A stretch of 64,000 nt of DNA, taken from positions 17,798 to 81,797 of the forward strand of contig NZ_JAUMZR010000001.1 in assembly GCF_030528045.1 (NCBI RefSeq), written 5' to 3'. The notes beneath the pieces are model-generated. The model had not been told where the DNA came from. It ran no database searches and saw only the letters and a list, made by a program, of their open reading frames with translations. Positions 22,351-32,372 of this stretch are shown one piece after another (the stretch's first letter is position 1; the number at the start of each line of letters is the position of its first letter). This DNA comes from Streptococcus sp. (GTDB lineage: Bacteria > Bacillota > Bacilli > Lactobacillales > Streptococcaceae). Both the position numbers and the translations under genes were made by a program.

Positions 22351-23304
22351 TCCTGGTAATAGGGTGACTGGTAAGAAGTAACCAGTTGTCGCAACTTCCT
22401 TACCTTCAATCTTCTGTAAGAGAAGATCAACAGTGAGGTGGGCAATCTCTTTCATAGGTTGCTTAATCGTTGTCAGGTGAGGATAGTAGTTTTCGATAAA
22501 GTAAGTCCCATCATAGCCGATGACCTTGAGCTCATCAGGAACAGAGATACCTAGCTCCTGAGCTATTTTGATCACCAGAATAGCTGTCAAATCATCCGAA
22601 GCAAAAATCGCATCTGGTTTCTGATGGGTCAAGATATTTTTGATTTCCATTTCTTTTCTGACGGGAGAAAAATCACTCGAAACATTGATAATAGGCGCTT
22701 TCGGGAGAACAGAGGCAAATCCAGCATGGCGCAGTCCGGTCGGTGAATTCGAGTTATCATTTCCTGTAATCATGATGATAGACTGAGCTCCAGTCTTGAC
22801 CAAAGTTTGGGCAGCGAGGACTCCGCCACCGTAGTTGTCAGAGGAGACGACAGGGATGTCTGGAGACAAGTTTCGGTCAAAGGAAATGATCGGCGCCGTC
22901 ACGCGATTGTAGTCTTCGATGCCCAAGTTGTGACTTCCAGAAATGATACCGTCTACCTGGTTGGCCTCCAGCATTTCAATGTACTCTCGTTCTTTTTCAG
23001 AGTCATGTTCGCTGTTACAGATGATGGTCTTGTAGCCATTCTTGAAGAGTTGGTGTTCCAACTTGTCAATCAACTCCGCATAAAAGACATGACTGATGTT
23101 TGGGAAAATGAGTCCAATCAACTTGGCAGATTTTCCTTGGAGGCTTCGAGCCAGATTATTGGGCTTGTAGCCAAGCTCTCGCATGGCTTCATTGACCTTT
23201 TGAATGGTTTTCTCAGATAGATAACCCTTTTTATTGATGACCCGTGAGACGGTAGTGGGGCTGACGCCTGCAAGTTTTGCGACATCAGTTAGTTTTGCGA
23301 CCAT
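22339..23304 (-). CDS. scrR: LacI-family sucrose operon repressor
   Basis: N-terminal HTH (KLTDVAKLAGVSPTTVSRVIN) plus a periplasmic-binding-protein-like sugar-binding domain. Adjacent to scrB. Confidence 0.85.
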   Translation of the reverse strand: MVAKLTDVAKLAGVSPTTVSRVINKKGYLSEKTIQKVNEAMRELGYKPNNLARSLQGKSAKLIGLIFPNISHVFYAELIDKLEHQLFKNGYKTIICNSEHDSEKEREYIEMLEANQVDGIISGSHNLGIEDYNRVTAPIISFDRNLSPDIPVVSSDNYGGGVLAAQTLVKTGAQSIIMITGNDNSNSPTGLRHAGFASVLPKAPIINVSSDFSPVRKEMEIKNILTHQKPDAIFASDDLTAILVIKIAQELGISVPDELKVIGYDGTYFIENYYPHLTTIKQPMKEIAHLTVDLLLQKIEGKEVATTGYFLPVTLLPGKSI

Positions 23305-24739
23305 AATCTAATTCATAGTAAGTTCCAGTTGGGTTTCCAGACTTGATCAGGATACCATTTTGGTCTGCATGTGGGAAAACACGACCAGAAAATACTTTTT
23401 CTCCTTTATTGATGAAAATTTCAAAGACTGACTTGTCGATGAAGATAGTGGCAGTAGTAGCTTGGTTATTGATAGGGCAAGAACGAGTCGTACCAAATTC
23501 TTGGGCGTACTGTTCACCAGCCTGACTACGATCCACTGTCACCTGTCCATTGACAAGGTCAAAGTTGATTGAAAGCCCCTTGCCTTCTTTGTCAGCGAGC
23601 AAGATAATCTCGCTTTGGCTATTGGCCTCCAAGTTGAGCTCCAGTTCATAGGTGTTATTGGTTTGAGTACGATTTGAGAAGACCTCTTCAGAAGAACGAA
23701 GTTCTTTGACGGCTGCGACCGGATATTGGTAGAGTTTTCCATCTTTGATAGTGAGTTCTTTGACCAATGAGAAGGTTCCTTGGTGGTCAAAGCGGTCAGA
23801 TGGGTAGGAAACATCTGGTAATCCAAGCCAGCTAACTGCTAGAGCACGTCCATCAGGAGCGTTGAAGGCTTGAGTTGCATAGGCTTCAAAACCATGGTCT
23901 AGATTTTGCAATGAAGACACATCTGCCATTTCGGCATTTTCAGGATCAAAGGAAGCCCCGATTTTGTACATATTTGGATAGATATTGTTGTAGTCTAGGA
24001 CACCCTTATCCAATCCTTGTGGACAGTAGAGAAGGACAGGTTGCCCCCCCACAAAGACTAGATTTGGACATTCCATCATGTAGGCAGTACGGTCGTTAGA
24101 AAAGTCAAGGTCGCCAACTGCTTGCCAGTTTGTATAATCATTGTCCACAGCCTTGTAGAGACGGACGAAGCCTTTTTTCTCCAAGTCCTGTCCACCGACG
24201 ATAGCATAATATTGACCCTTGAAGTTAAAAATTTGCGGGTCGCGGAAGTGGTCAGTAGAGTCTGCTGGCTGGTCAATCAAGATCTTGTCAATCTTTGTAA
24301 TCTTGCCATCCTTATCCATCAAAGCACCAATCTGGTATGGGTGACGGATCCAGTTTTCATCACGGACATTTCCAGTATAAAATAGGAACAACTGATTGCC
24401 GAACTGCATGGCAGAACCAGAGTAGGCACCGTGGCTATCTAATGGAGTATCTGGCAAAACTTTGACTCCAGTTTCTGTAAAGTGCACTAAATCATCACTT
24501 TCAAGCTGCACCCAAGACTTCAACCCATGGGCTGCACCAAAGGGGAAGTTTTGGTAAAAGAGAATCCATTTGCCATCAAAATAAGAAAAGCCATTTGGAT
24601 CATTGAGAAGCCCCATTTTAGGCTCGACATGGTAACGAGTATGCCAAGGAGATTGTGCCATCTTTTCCTTGATTTGCTTGATTTCATCATTAGACCAGTC
24701 TTCATAGCGTCTATAACGGCGCTCGGTTGTCCATTCCAT
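23285..24739 (-). CDS. scrB: Sucrose-6-phosphate hydrolase (GH32)
   Basis: GH32 motifs (HVEPKMGLLNDPNG...RDP...ECP). Divergent from the scrA PTS gene. Confidence 0.9.
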   Translation of the reverse strand: MEWTTERRYRRYEDWSNDEIKQIKEKMAQSPWHTRYHVEPKMGLLNDPNGFSYFDGKWILFYQNFPFGAAHGLKSWVQLESDDLVHFTETGVKVLPDTPLDSHGAYSGSAMQFGNQLFLFYTGNVRDENWIRHPYQIGALMDKDGKITKIDKILIDQPADSTDHFRDPQIFNFKGQYYAIVGGQDLEKKGFVRLYKAVDNDYTNWQAVGDLDFSNDRTAYMMECPNLVFVGGQPVLLYCPQGLDKGVLDYNNIYPNMYKIGASFDPENAEMADVSSLQNLDHGFEAYATQAFNAPDGRALAVSWLGLPDVSYPSDRFDHQGTFSLVKELTIKDGKLYQYPVAAVKELRSSEEVFSNRTQTNNTYELELNLEANSQSEIILLADKEGKGLSINFDLVNGQVTVDRSQAGEQYAQEFGTTRSCPINNQATTATIFIDKSVFEIFINKGEKVFSGRVFPHADQNGILIKSGNPTGTYYELDYGRKTN

Positions 24740-25032
24740 TTTATCTTTCCTCCATAAGTTCTATTCTATTATTAATAGTAAACGTTTTCGGCAAAAAAAG
24801 CAAGTCTTTTATGTTGAAAAAAGAAAAATATGTTAAACGATTGCTATAAATCAAGTAAAGGAAATCTGGCAAATTTTCACGAAAAAATGAAAGAAAATGT
24901 AAATAAAAGCTTTGATTTCTCAAGTATAAAGATATTTTTTTGAGGAAAAAGAGAATGACCATCAAAAACGAGCAAAAATAATCAAAGAAAAAAGAAAGGA
25001 TTTAAAAATTTCTGCAAAACGCTTGACATATT

Positions 25033-25061
25033 TTAGGAACGTGATAAAATAATAGTCGTAG
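25033..25061 (+). promoter_or_regulatory. Putative scrA promoter
   Basis: TTGACA, a 16-17 bp spacer, then TAAAAT, about 60 nt upstream of the scrA start. A cre-like half-site lies nearby. Confidence 0.4.
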
Positions 25062-25116
25062 GGCGAATAAAATCGCTTTCAAACAAGAACAAAATTTTAT
25101 AAGGAGATTTTTGCAA

Positions 25117-27003
25117 ATGAACAATCAGGATATTGCAAAAAAAGTCATCGAAGCCCTTGGCGGACGTGAAAATGTCAACAGTGTTGCCCACTGTGCGACT
25201 CGTCTACGTGTCATGGTCAAAGATGAAGGGAAAATCAATAAGGAAGTGATTGAGAACTTGGATAAAGTTCAAGGAGCTTTCTTTAACTCAGGTCAATACC
25301 AAATCATCTTTGGTACTGGTACAGTAAACAAGATGTACGACGAAGTCGTTGCACTTGGTTTGCCAACCTCTTCTAAAGAAGACATGAAAGCTGAAGCTGC
25401 TAAACAAGGAAACTGGTTCCAACGTGCTATCCGTACTTTCGGTGACGTCTTCGTGCCAATCATCCCAGTTATCGTAGCGACTGGTCTCTTCATGGGTGTG
25501 CGTGGCCTTTTCAACGCTCTTGAAATGCCACTTCCAGGAGACTTTGCAACTTACACTCAAATCTTGACAGATACAGCCTTCATCATTTTGCCAGGTTTGG
25601 TTGTATGGTCAACCTTCCGCGTATTCGGTGGAAATCCAGCCGTTGGTATCGTTCTTGGTATGATGCTTGTTTCTGGCTCACTTCCAAACGCTTGGGCTGT
25701 AGCATCAGGTGGTGAAGTAATAGCTATGAACTTCTTTGGTTTCATTCCTGTTGTTGGTTTGCAAGGTTCTGTTCTTCCAGCTTTCATCATTGGGGTGGTC
25801 GGAGCCAAGTTTGAAAAAGCTCTCCGCAAAGTGGTTCCAGATGTCTTGGATCTCTTGGTGACTCCATTCGTGACACTTTTGGTCATGTCTATCCTTGGAC
25901 TTTTTGTCATCGGACCAGTCTTCCACGTCGTTGAAAACTACATCCTTATTGCTACAAAAGCGATTCTTGCCTTGCCGTTTGGTCTTGGTGGTTTGGTCAT
26001 CGGTGGGGTTCACCAATTGATCGTCGTATCAGGTGTGCACCACATCTTCAACTTGCTTGAAGTGCAATTGCTTGCTGCGGACCATGCGAACCCATTCAAC
26101 GCCATCATCACTGCAGCGATGACAGCTCAAGGGGCTGCAACGGTTGCCGTTGGTGTTAAAACGAAGAATCCTAAACTGAAAACACTTGCTTTCCCAGCTG
26201 CTCTTTCTGCCTTCCTAGGTATTACAGAGCCTGCCATCTTCGGGGTAAACTTGCGCTTCCGTAAGCCATTCTTCCTTTCATTGATCGCTGGTGCTATCGG
26301 TGGTGGATTGGCTTCTATCCTTGGACTCGCTGGTACTGGTAATGGTATCACCATCATCCCTGGTACAATGTTGTACGTTGGTAACGGTCAATTGTTCCAA
26401 TACCTTCTTATGGTAGCTGTATCATTCGTTCTTGGTTTTGCCCTTACTTACATGTTTGGTTACGAGGATGAAAAAGAAGTTGCTTCTGAAGTAGCGACAG
26501 AACGTTTGGTTCAAGAAGAAACAACTGGTAACATTCCAGTAGCTCCTCAAAGTGAAACAATCCAAACTCCAATTGTTGGGGACGTAGTTGCTCTTGAGAA
26601 TGTTAATGACCCAGTCTTTTCAAGTGGTGCAATGGGACAAGGGATTGCTGTAAAACCAAGCCAAGGTGTGGTTTATGCACCAGCTGATGCAGAAGTATCG
26701 ATTGCCTTTGCCACAGGACATGCTTATGGTTTGAAGACAGCAAATGGAGCTGAGATCTTGATCCACGTTGGTATCGATACAGTGACTATGAACGGTGAAG
26801 GCTTTGAACAAAAAGTTGCTCAAGGCGACAAGGTCAAAGCAGGTGATGTTCTTGGAACCTTTGACTCAAACAAAATCGCTGCTGCAGGTCTTGACGACAC
26901 AACAATGGTTATCGTAACCAACACAGCAGACTACGCTTCTGTGACACCAGTTGCAAGCGGTTCAGTTGTCAAGGGTGACGTGATCATCGAAGTGAAAGCC
27001 TAG
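25117..27003 (+). CDS. scrA: PTS sucrose-specific EIIBCA component
   Basis: EIIB Cys motif (NSVAHCATRLRV), a multi-TM EIIC and a C-terminal EIIA(Glc)-type domain. The ATG at 25117 is preferred over the TTG at 25111. Confidence 0.9.
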   Translation: MNNQDIAKKVIEALGGRENVNSVAHCATRLRVMVKDEGKINKEVIENLDKVQGAFFNSGQYQIIFGTGTVNKMYDEVVALGLPTSSKEDMKAEAAKQGNWFQRAIRTFGDVFVPIIPVIVATGLFMGVRGLFNALEMPLPGDFATYTQILTDTAFIILPGLVVWSTFRVFGGNPAVGIVLGMMLVSGSLPNAWAVASGGEVIAMNFFGFIPVVGLQGSVLPAFIIGVVGAKFEKALRKVVPDVLDLLVTPFVTLLVMSILGLFVIGPVFHVVENYILIATKAILALPFGLGGLVIGGVHQLIVVSGVHHIFNLLEVQLLAADHANPFNAIITAAMTAQGAATVAVGVKTKNPKLKTLAFPAALSAFLGITEPAIFGVNLRFRKPFFLSLIAGAIGGGLASILGLAGTGNGITIIPGTMLYVGNGQLFQYLLMVAVSFVLGFALTYMFGYEDEKEVASEVATERLVQEETTGNIPVAPQSETIQTPIVGDVVALENVNDPVFSSGAMGQGIAVKPSQGVVYAPADAEVSIAFATGHAYGLKTANGAEILIHVGIDTVTMNGEGFEQKVAQGDKVKAGDVLGTFDSNKIAAAGLDDTTMVIVTNTADYASVTPVASGSVVKGDVIIEVKA

Positions 27004-27030
27004 TCCTCTTCGAAAATCAGATTTAAAAAC

Positions 27031-27063
27031 AAAACGAACAAATATTATGTTTGTTCGTTTTTA
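27031..27063 (+). terminator. Rho-independent terminator after scrA
   Basis: aaacgaacaaa-tattat-gtttgttcgttttt. Confidence 0.75.
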
Positions 27064-27161
27064 CTTGGATGGTAAGATTTACAGAGGAAAATCTAAAATA
27101 TTGAGAAATCTAGCCCTTTAAAATGTGCTATAATAGAGAAAACAAAGATAAGAGGTTTATC

Positions 27162-28049
27162 ATGACAAAATTATATGGAAGCTTAGAAGCGGGCGGTACA
27201 AAGTTTGTCTGTGCTGTCGGAGATGAAAATTTTAATGTTGTAGAAAAAACACAGTTTCCTACAACAACTCCTATCGAGACGATCGATAAAACCATCGAAT
27301 TCTTTTCAAAATTCGATAATCTTGCAGGTCTTGCCATCGGTTCCTTCGGTCCTATCGATATCGATAAAAACTCAAAAACTTATGGCTTTATCACAACGAC
27401 TCCAAAACCTCACTGGGCAAATGTAGACATACTTGGTGCCCTCCGCCGCTCCCTCAACGTACCCATGTATTTCACCACAGACGTGAACAGCTCTGCCTAT
27501 GGTGAAGTGGTTGCTCGTAACAATGCTGGTGGCCGTATCGAAAACTTGGTTTACTACACGATCGGTACAGGGATCGGTGCAGGTGTTATCCAACGTGGTG
27601 AGTTTATCGGTGGTGTGGGTCACCCTGAGATGGGGCACTACTATGTGGCTAAACACCCAATGGATGTAGAAAAAGAATTTAACGGTGTCTGTCCATTCCA
27701 CAAGGGCTGTTTGGAAGGCTTTGCGGCTGGTCCAAGTCTCGAAGCCCGTACAGGTGTTCGTGGCGAAAACATCGAACTCAACAGTTCTGTCTGGGATGTT
27801 CAAGCCTACTATATCGCTCAGGCTGCGGTCAATGCTACAGTGACTTTCCGTCCAGACGTCATCGTCTTTGGTGGCGGGGTTATGGCCCAACAACACATGC
27901 TGGACCGTGTGCGTGAGAAATTCACAGCTCTTCTCAATGGCTACCTACCAGTACCAGACGTGCGTGACTACATTGTCACTCCAGCAGTCGCAGGCAATGG
28001 TTCTGCCACACTTGGAAACTTTGTCCTCGCTAAGAGTGTCGCAAAATAA
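27162..28049 (+). CDS. scrK: Fructokinase (ROK family)
   Basis: ROK motifs (LEAGGTKFVCAV...GIGAGVI...CPFHKGCLE). The ATG at 27162 lies downstream of an extended -10 element TGTGCTATAAT (27124-27134). Confidence 0.85.
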   Translation: MTKLYGSLEAGGTKFVCAVGDENFNVVEKTQFPTTTPIETIDKTIEFFSKFDNLAGLAIGSFGPIDIDKNSKTYGFITTTPKPHWANVDILGALRRSLNVPMYFTTDVNSSAYGEVVARNNAGGRIENLVYYTIGTGIGAGVIQRGEFIGGVGHPEMGHYYVAKHPMDVEKEFNGVCPFHKGCLEGFAAGPSLEARTGVRGENIELNSSVWDVQAYYIAQAAVNATVTFRPDVIVFGGGVMAQQHMLDRVREKFTALLNGYLPVPDVRDYIVTPAVAGNGSATLGNFVLAKSVAK

Positions 28050-28056
28050 AATAAAC

Positions 28057-28094
28057 AAAACATCCGCTTGGGAAACCAAACGGATGTTTTGTTT
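28057..28094 (+). terminator. Rho-independent terminator after scrK
   Basis: aaaacatccg...cggatgtttt followed by GTTT. Confidence 0.75.
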
Positions 28095-28104
28095 GACGAA
28101 AATG

Positions 28105-28265
28105 TTTTTGAGCCTTTCCTTAAGTGATGACGGACGGTAGCGACTTTCTTCGAAATTCCATACCTAAACTTTGAGCCTAATGTCTCAAAGTTTCCGAACA
28201 CCTGAAACCATTAGATTTCGGGTGTTTTTATCACGGCGGAAAGGCTAGGTAAGTCCTCGATTCAC
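28105..28265 (-). repeat. SPRITE-like small interspersed repeat, copy 2 (inverted relative to copy 1)
   Basis: It shares gtgatgacggacgg...tttgagcctaa.gtctcaaa.ttt...cacggcggaaag with the reverse complement of 3337-3500. It contains a terminator-like hairpin aacacc..gggtgtt followed by T-rich sequence. Confidence 0.55.
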
Positions 28266-28327
28266 TATCGAAAAGTTGGCATGATTTCCATACCAAAGTA
28301 TATTTAGTATCAGGCTATTTTCTATTC

Positions 28328-28945
28328 TCAAAACATCTGCCAGAAGAAATCAATAACATAGGTCAAACCATAAGTGTAAACCACTAGGGTAAAGGGTTTG
28401 GTCAGAATGATGATAATCATATAGCGTTTGAAGGTCATCTTGGTAAGGGCAGCCAGCATGCAGAGAAAGTCAGCTGGGCTAACAGGCCAGATCATCATAA
28501 AGATAAAGAACCGCTCGAAACGATTGCCCTTATCTAGCCAGTCGATGTATTTGTCATAGGTGCGCTTGCTGACGACGGACTGGACAAAGGCAGCTCCATA
28601 GAGACGCACGAGGTAAAAGATAATGGCACAGCCAATCACAATGCCGATATAGTTATAGATGGTCCCGATGATGTGGCCGTAAATAAAGACCCCAGCCACT
28701 GAGGTCAAAGCTCCCGGAATGATCGGAACGACGGTTTGTAGGATTTGTAAAAAGATAAAGAGTGGTGGTCCCCAAATCCCAGCTTGCTGGATAAAGGCCG
28801 ATAGGGTTTCCTTGGACTGTAAAACACCCGCCTGATAGGCCCAAATACAGAAAATCAAGGTGCCGACTCCCCCGACGATAGATGAAATATTGATGACTTG
28901 CTGTAGAAGGGGAGAAACAGCTTTCATTTGCTTATCCTGTGACAT
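28328..28945 (-). CDS. TVP38/TMEM64 (DedA-related) family membrane protein
   Basis: 205 aa multi-TM protein with a TVP38-like core (PGALTSVAGVFIYG...). Confidence 0.7.
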   Translation of the reverse strand: MSQDKQMKAVSPLLQQVINISSIVGGVGTLIFCIWAYQAGVLQSKETLSAFIQQAGIWGPPLFIFLQILQTVVPIIPGALTSVAGVFIYGHIIGTIYNYIGIVIGCAIIFYLVRLYGAAFVQSVVSKRTYDKYIDWLDKGNRFERFFIFMMIWPVSPADFLCMLAALTKMTFKRYMIIIILTKPFTLVVYTYGLTYVIDFFWQMF

Positions 28946-29077
28946 GTAAACTCCTCATAGATAGTATGATTCTACTATACCATATTTTGTGGAAAAAAAC
29001 TATCTGGATTATCTGACTGGCGAAATAAGTGTGGTAAAATGAGAATAAGAAAATGACGGTATAGAATGAGGGGTATC

Positions 29078-30878
29078 ATGTTAGGTTTAAACTTTAAAGG
29101 AAGCTGGCGCCAATATCAAAAACAGGTCTTGGATCGTTTTCAGGACTATCAAGCAGATGGTCATGTTCATCTAGTGGCTGCTCCAGGGTCTGGAAAGACA
29201 ACCATTGGTATCGAGCTAATCGCTCGTTTTGGCAACCCAGCCCTCATCTTAGTTCCGACTGTCACCATTCGTGAACAATGGGTAGATAGGATTCAAACTG
29301 CATTTCTAGGGGAGGGTCAGAGGCTTTCAGACCTCGTTTCCCAAAACTTAAAGGAGATGAAGACATTAACGATTGTGACCTATCAGGCTTTTCATAGCGC
29401 CATGAACCAATTGCAATCACAAGAAGATGGAGAAGCAGAAGATTTTGTGGGGTTTGATTTGCTTGCAAGCCTAAGAGCTCAGAAAGTTGCGACTCTTTGT
29501 TTGGACGAATGCCACCACCTGCGCAATGAATGGTGGAAAAGTCTGGAAGCCTTTCGCAAACAGTATGAACCGCTGCAAGTCATCTCCCTGACAGCGACAC
29601 CACCTTATGACAGCGAGCCTGAACTCTGGGAACGCTATATCCGTATGTGTGGGGAGATCGATCAAGAAATCACGGTACTTGAACTAGTCAAGGAAGACAC
29701 TCTTTGCCCTCATCAGGATTTTGTCTACATGTGTTCACCAACAGCTGAAGAGGCGGAACGTCTCAAACGGTTTGAGGAGACTAAGCGGGACTATATTCAT
29801 CACCTTATAGTCGATCCTGATTTTCAAACATTTGTAGTAGGGTCTAAGGTTCTCAAAGGGGATATTTCATCTGATTTGCTCTTAGAAGATCCCAAGTACT
29901 TGTCTGCTATGTTGATTTATATGCATTCTCAGGGGTTAACGATTCCTCCTTCTTTACAAAATTTACTGGGAACCCAGAACCTTCCAGCATTGACCTCCTA
30001 CTGGCTGGAGACGCTGTTGCAGAGCATACTCTATCAGACACCAGATTGGTATGAGGATCCAGATGGATATAGGAAAAAGTTAGAGGCTGACTTAAAGGCG
30101 CGTGGGTTGGTGGAAAAACGTCAGGTTTATCTGGTTAAGTCTAAGGCTTCTGACCAGCTTTTAACCCAATCTCTGGGGAAGTTGTCTGCCATTGCCGATA
30201 TCTTTTTGACGGAGTATGAGAGTCTAGGTCAGGAACTGAGACAGTTAGTACTAGCTGACTATATTCGCAAGGATTTTGCTGCCTATCTGGGAGATGATCA
30301 GGCAACCATTTCTCAGTTGGGGGGTTCTCCCTTATTTTGAAAGCATTCGTCGAAAAGCTCAGGAGCAAGAGATACCTGTGTCTTTGGCTGTTTTGACAGG
30401 TAGTGTCGTTATTTTGCCTACCGATGTGGCAGCAGAGTTGAAGGAGCTCTTGCCTCAGGTTCCTCTTAATTTCTCATCTATTGGTCACTTGGATCCAAAA
30501 GATTATGTGCAGGTTGGTTTTCCGAGCTCAGCTAAGGGAATCGTAGCGGCAGTGACGGAGCTTTTTCAACGAGGGCGGATTCAAGTCCTAGTCGGAACCA
30601 AATCTCTCCTCGGAGAGGGTTGGGATGCTCCTTGTGTCAATTCCCTAATCCTCGGAAGCTTTGTGGGGAGCTTTATGCTCAGTAACCAGATGCGTGGGCG
30701 TGCCATTCGTATCTGGCCGGGACATCCAGAAAAGACCAGTAACATCTGGCATCTGGTAGCCGTTCAAGCGCAGGCGCTTATCACTCTTCCTAGTGAGGAG
30801 CCTAGATCAGAGAGTAATCAGGATCTGCAGACCTTGTCGCGACGGATGGAGCATTTTCTTGGATTGGCCTATAAATAA
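29078..30878 (+). pseudogene. DEAD/DEAH-box superfamily-2 helicase, disrupted by a frameshift at a G6 tract
   Basis: Motif I VAAPGSGKT, motif II DECHH, motif III SLTATP and motif VI QMRGRAIR are spread across two overlapping frames (ORFs 29066..30340 and 30276..30878). The frame switch maps to the homopolymer GGGGGG at 30319-30324. Confidence 0.7.
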
Positions 30879-30888
30879 TAAGGAGAGT

Positions 30889-31716
30889 ATTGAGACCGGT
30901 TTGGATCGTTTGGATTTTCCAAAGCCCCCTTTTAAGAAAAAGCAAATTAGTGAGTACAATGAGCGAGTTAAGAGTCTCTCCAAGGATCGAGCAGGCTTGA
31001 GAAAAAAATGGCAGGAAGCTCTTGTCGTAGCAGATCAGTTCGAGATAGTTACAGAAGTCGCAACTCAAAAACAGAAAATTCCAGTCATGCTCTTGCTTGA
31101 TGCATTAAAATGGGTTCGCATGTCATTGCTCTTGTTAGCAGTGGATTTGTTGGTTTTGCTATTTAGACTGAGACTGATTGGTGTTTGGTGGCTTACGACA
31201 GTCTGTCTCATCTTTTTGGCCTTTGCATCTTGGCGCTACCTCCGCTATAAGAGTCCTTGTAAACGATTGCAGTCTCTGGGTGAGCAGATCCGAAAGGCTT
31301 TGCTAGATTCGGGGCATCTAACGGACAATCAATCCCGTGTTCAGGTAGAGGAGGACAAGGAAAACTACATGGTTTTCGCCTACCTCAAGGGAGGAAGCAT
31401 GAGGGACAAGGAGCTGTTTGCACAGACTGTGGGAGAGTTCTTTGCTCCAGTGGACAACCAGCGCTATCTCTTGAAGGCAGAGAAAGTCCGACAAGGTCAG
31501 TCACCTTACTATGCCGTGCCTAGTCTTTTTGAGAAGCGCAAGGAAGAAGCACAGAAATTCCTCGACTTTATGAGGCCAACTATCGGACGCTATCACCTCG
31601 TCTACACACGAACAGAGGCCGGACGGAAAACCCTTCTCGAAGCTCGTATCAAAGCTCTCTCCAATCAAAACGACCGTACCTTGACTAAGAAGAAGGTTAA
31701 AAATCGATTAGAGTAG
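30889..31716 (+). CDS. Hypothetical membrane-associated protein downstream of the helicase (or its C-terminal domain)
   Basis: The reading frame continues after the helicase's tandem TAA TAA stops and an AGGAGAG RBS, but no canonical start codon is well placed (ATT at 30889, TTG at 30901). Two predicted TM helices (LLLLAVDLLVLLF; WWLTTVCLIFLAFASW). Confidence 0.4.
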   Translation: METGLDRLDFPKPPFKKKQISEYNERVKSLSKDRAGLRKKWQEALVVADQFEIVTEVATQKQKIPVMLLLDALKWVRMSLLLLAVDLLVLLFRLRLIGVWWLTTVCLIFLAFASWRYLRYKSPCKRLQSLGEQIRKALLDSGHLTDNQSRVQVEEDKENYMVFAYLKGGSMRDKELFAQTVGEFFAPVDNQRYLLKAEKVRQGQSPYYAVPSLFEKRKEEAQKFLDFMRPTIGRYHLVYTRTEAGRKTLLEARIKALSNQNDRTLTKKKVKNRLE

Positions 31717-31727
31717 GGTAGGTAGCT

Positions 31728-31925
31728 ATTCGAAGTTTCGAAGATATGAATTTACTAAAGTTTATATGCATTCTAAACTTAGAATGGAAAGAAATACATA
31801 AATTTATGAGCATTCTAAGCTTCGAATAGTCTAGCTGAGAAAGTTTTGGGGTCTTCTAGTTTTCGAACAGTCATCTTTCTTAAAGTTTAGATGTATTCTA
31901 AGGCTAGAAAAGTTAAAATCTAAAA
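31728..31925. repeat. BOX-like tandem module repeat (boxB-like units)
   Basis: Three or more tandem imperfect units of about 45 bp (..tgcattctaaacttagaatgg.. / ..gagcattctaagcttcgaatag.. / ..gatgtattctaaggctagaaaag..) carrying cttcgaa palindromes. It marks the left edge of the accessory island. Confidence 0.5.
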
Positions 31926-32130
31926 ATAGTAAGAGTCTCTATCTGATAGACGGGTATGTTTCCAGTCAGATAGGGATTTTCTGTTTCTGAAATGACTGAT
32001 TTATCCTGTAAAAGTAAGAAATAGACTGAAAAAGTGCTATTGGGATGATAAAGTAGACAGTTGAGAGGATGAGTGTCCTAAGTTCTTTGCTATTTGTTAG
32101 AATTGTCTTATCAACTTAAAGGAGAAATCT

Positions 32131-32293
32131 GATGAAGAAAGATAAAGAAAATGAGGAAAGTATGCTATCGACACTTCCTCTATGGGGCCTCCTATTTTTG
32201 GTCTGTGTATTACTTCAAGTCTATGTAGGAAAGGATAGGCCTTTGATTCAACCTCCTAGACAAGGAAGCATTGTAAAAACAGATCAAAAATAG
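32131..32293 (+). CDS. Putative small membrane peptide (54 aa)
   Basis: An ORF below the track threshold: MKKDKENEESMLSTLPLWGLLFLVCVLLQVYVGKDRPLIQPPRQGSIVKTDQK. A GGAG-like RBS (aaggagaaatctg) is upstream. One hydrophobic helix. Confidence 0.3.
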
Positions 32294-32372
32294 GTCTATC
32301 TTCCAGAACTAATCCAGTCTTGGTTTGATAAAGAAAAAACTAAATGATTCGTTAAATAGAAAGGTTATCATC

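Noticed and set aside
24960-25110. Canonical CcpA cre in the scrB-scrA divergent region
   Set aside because: Only partial matches to WTGNAANCGNWNNCW are present (ctgcaaaacgcttgaca; aaaatcgctttca). This is not convincing enough to call as a feature.
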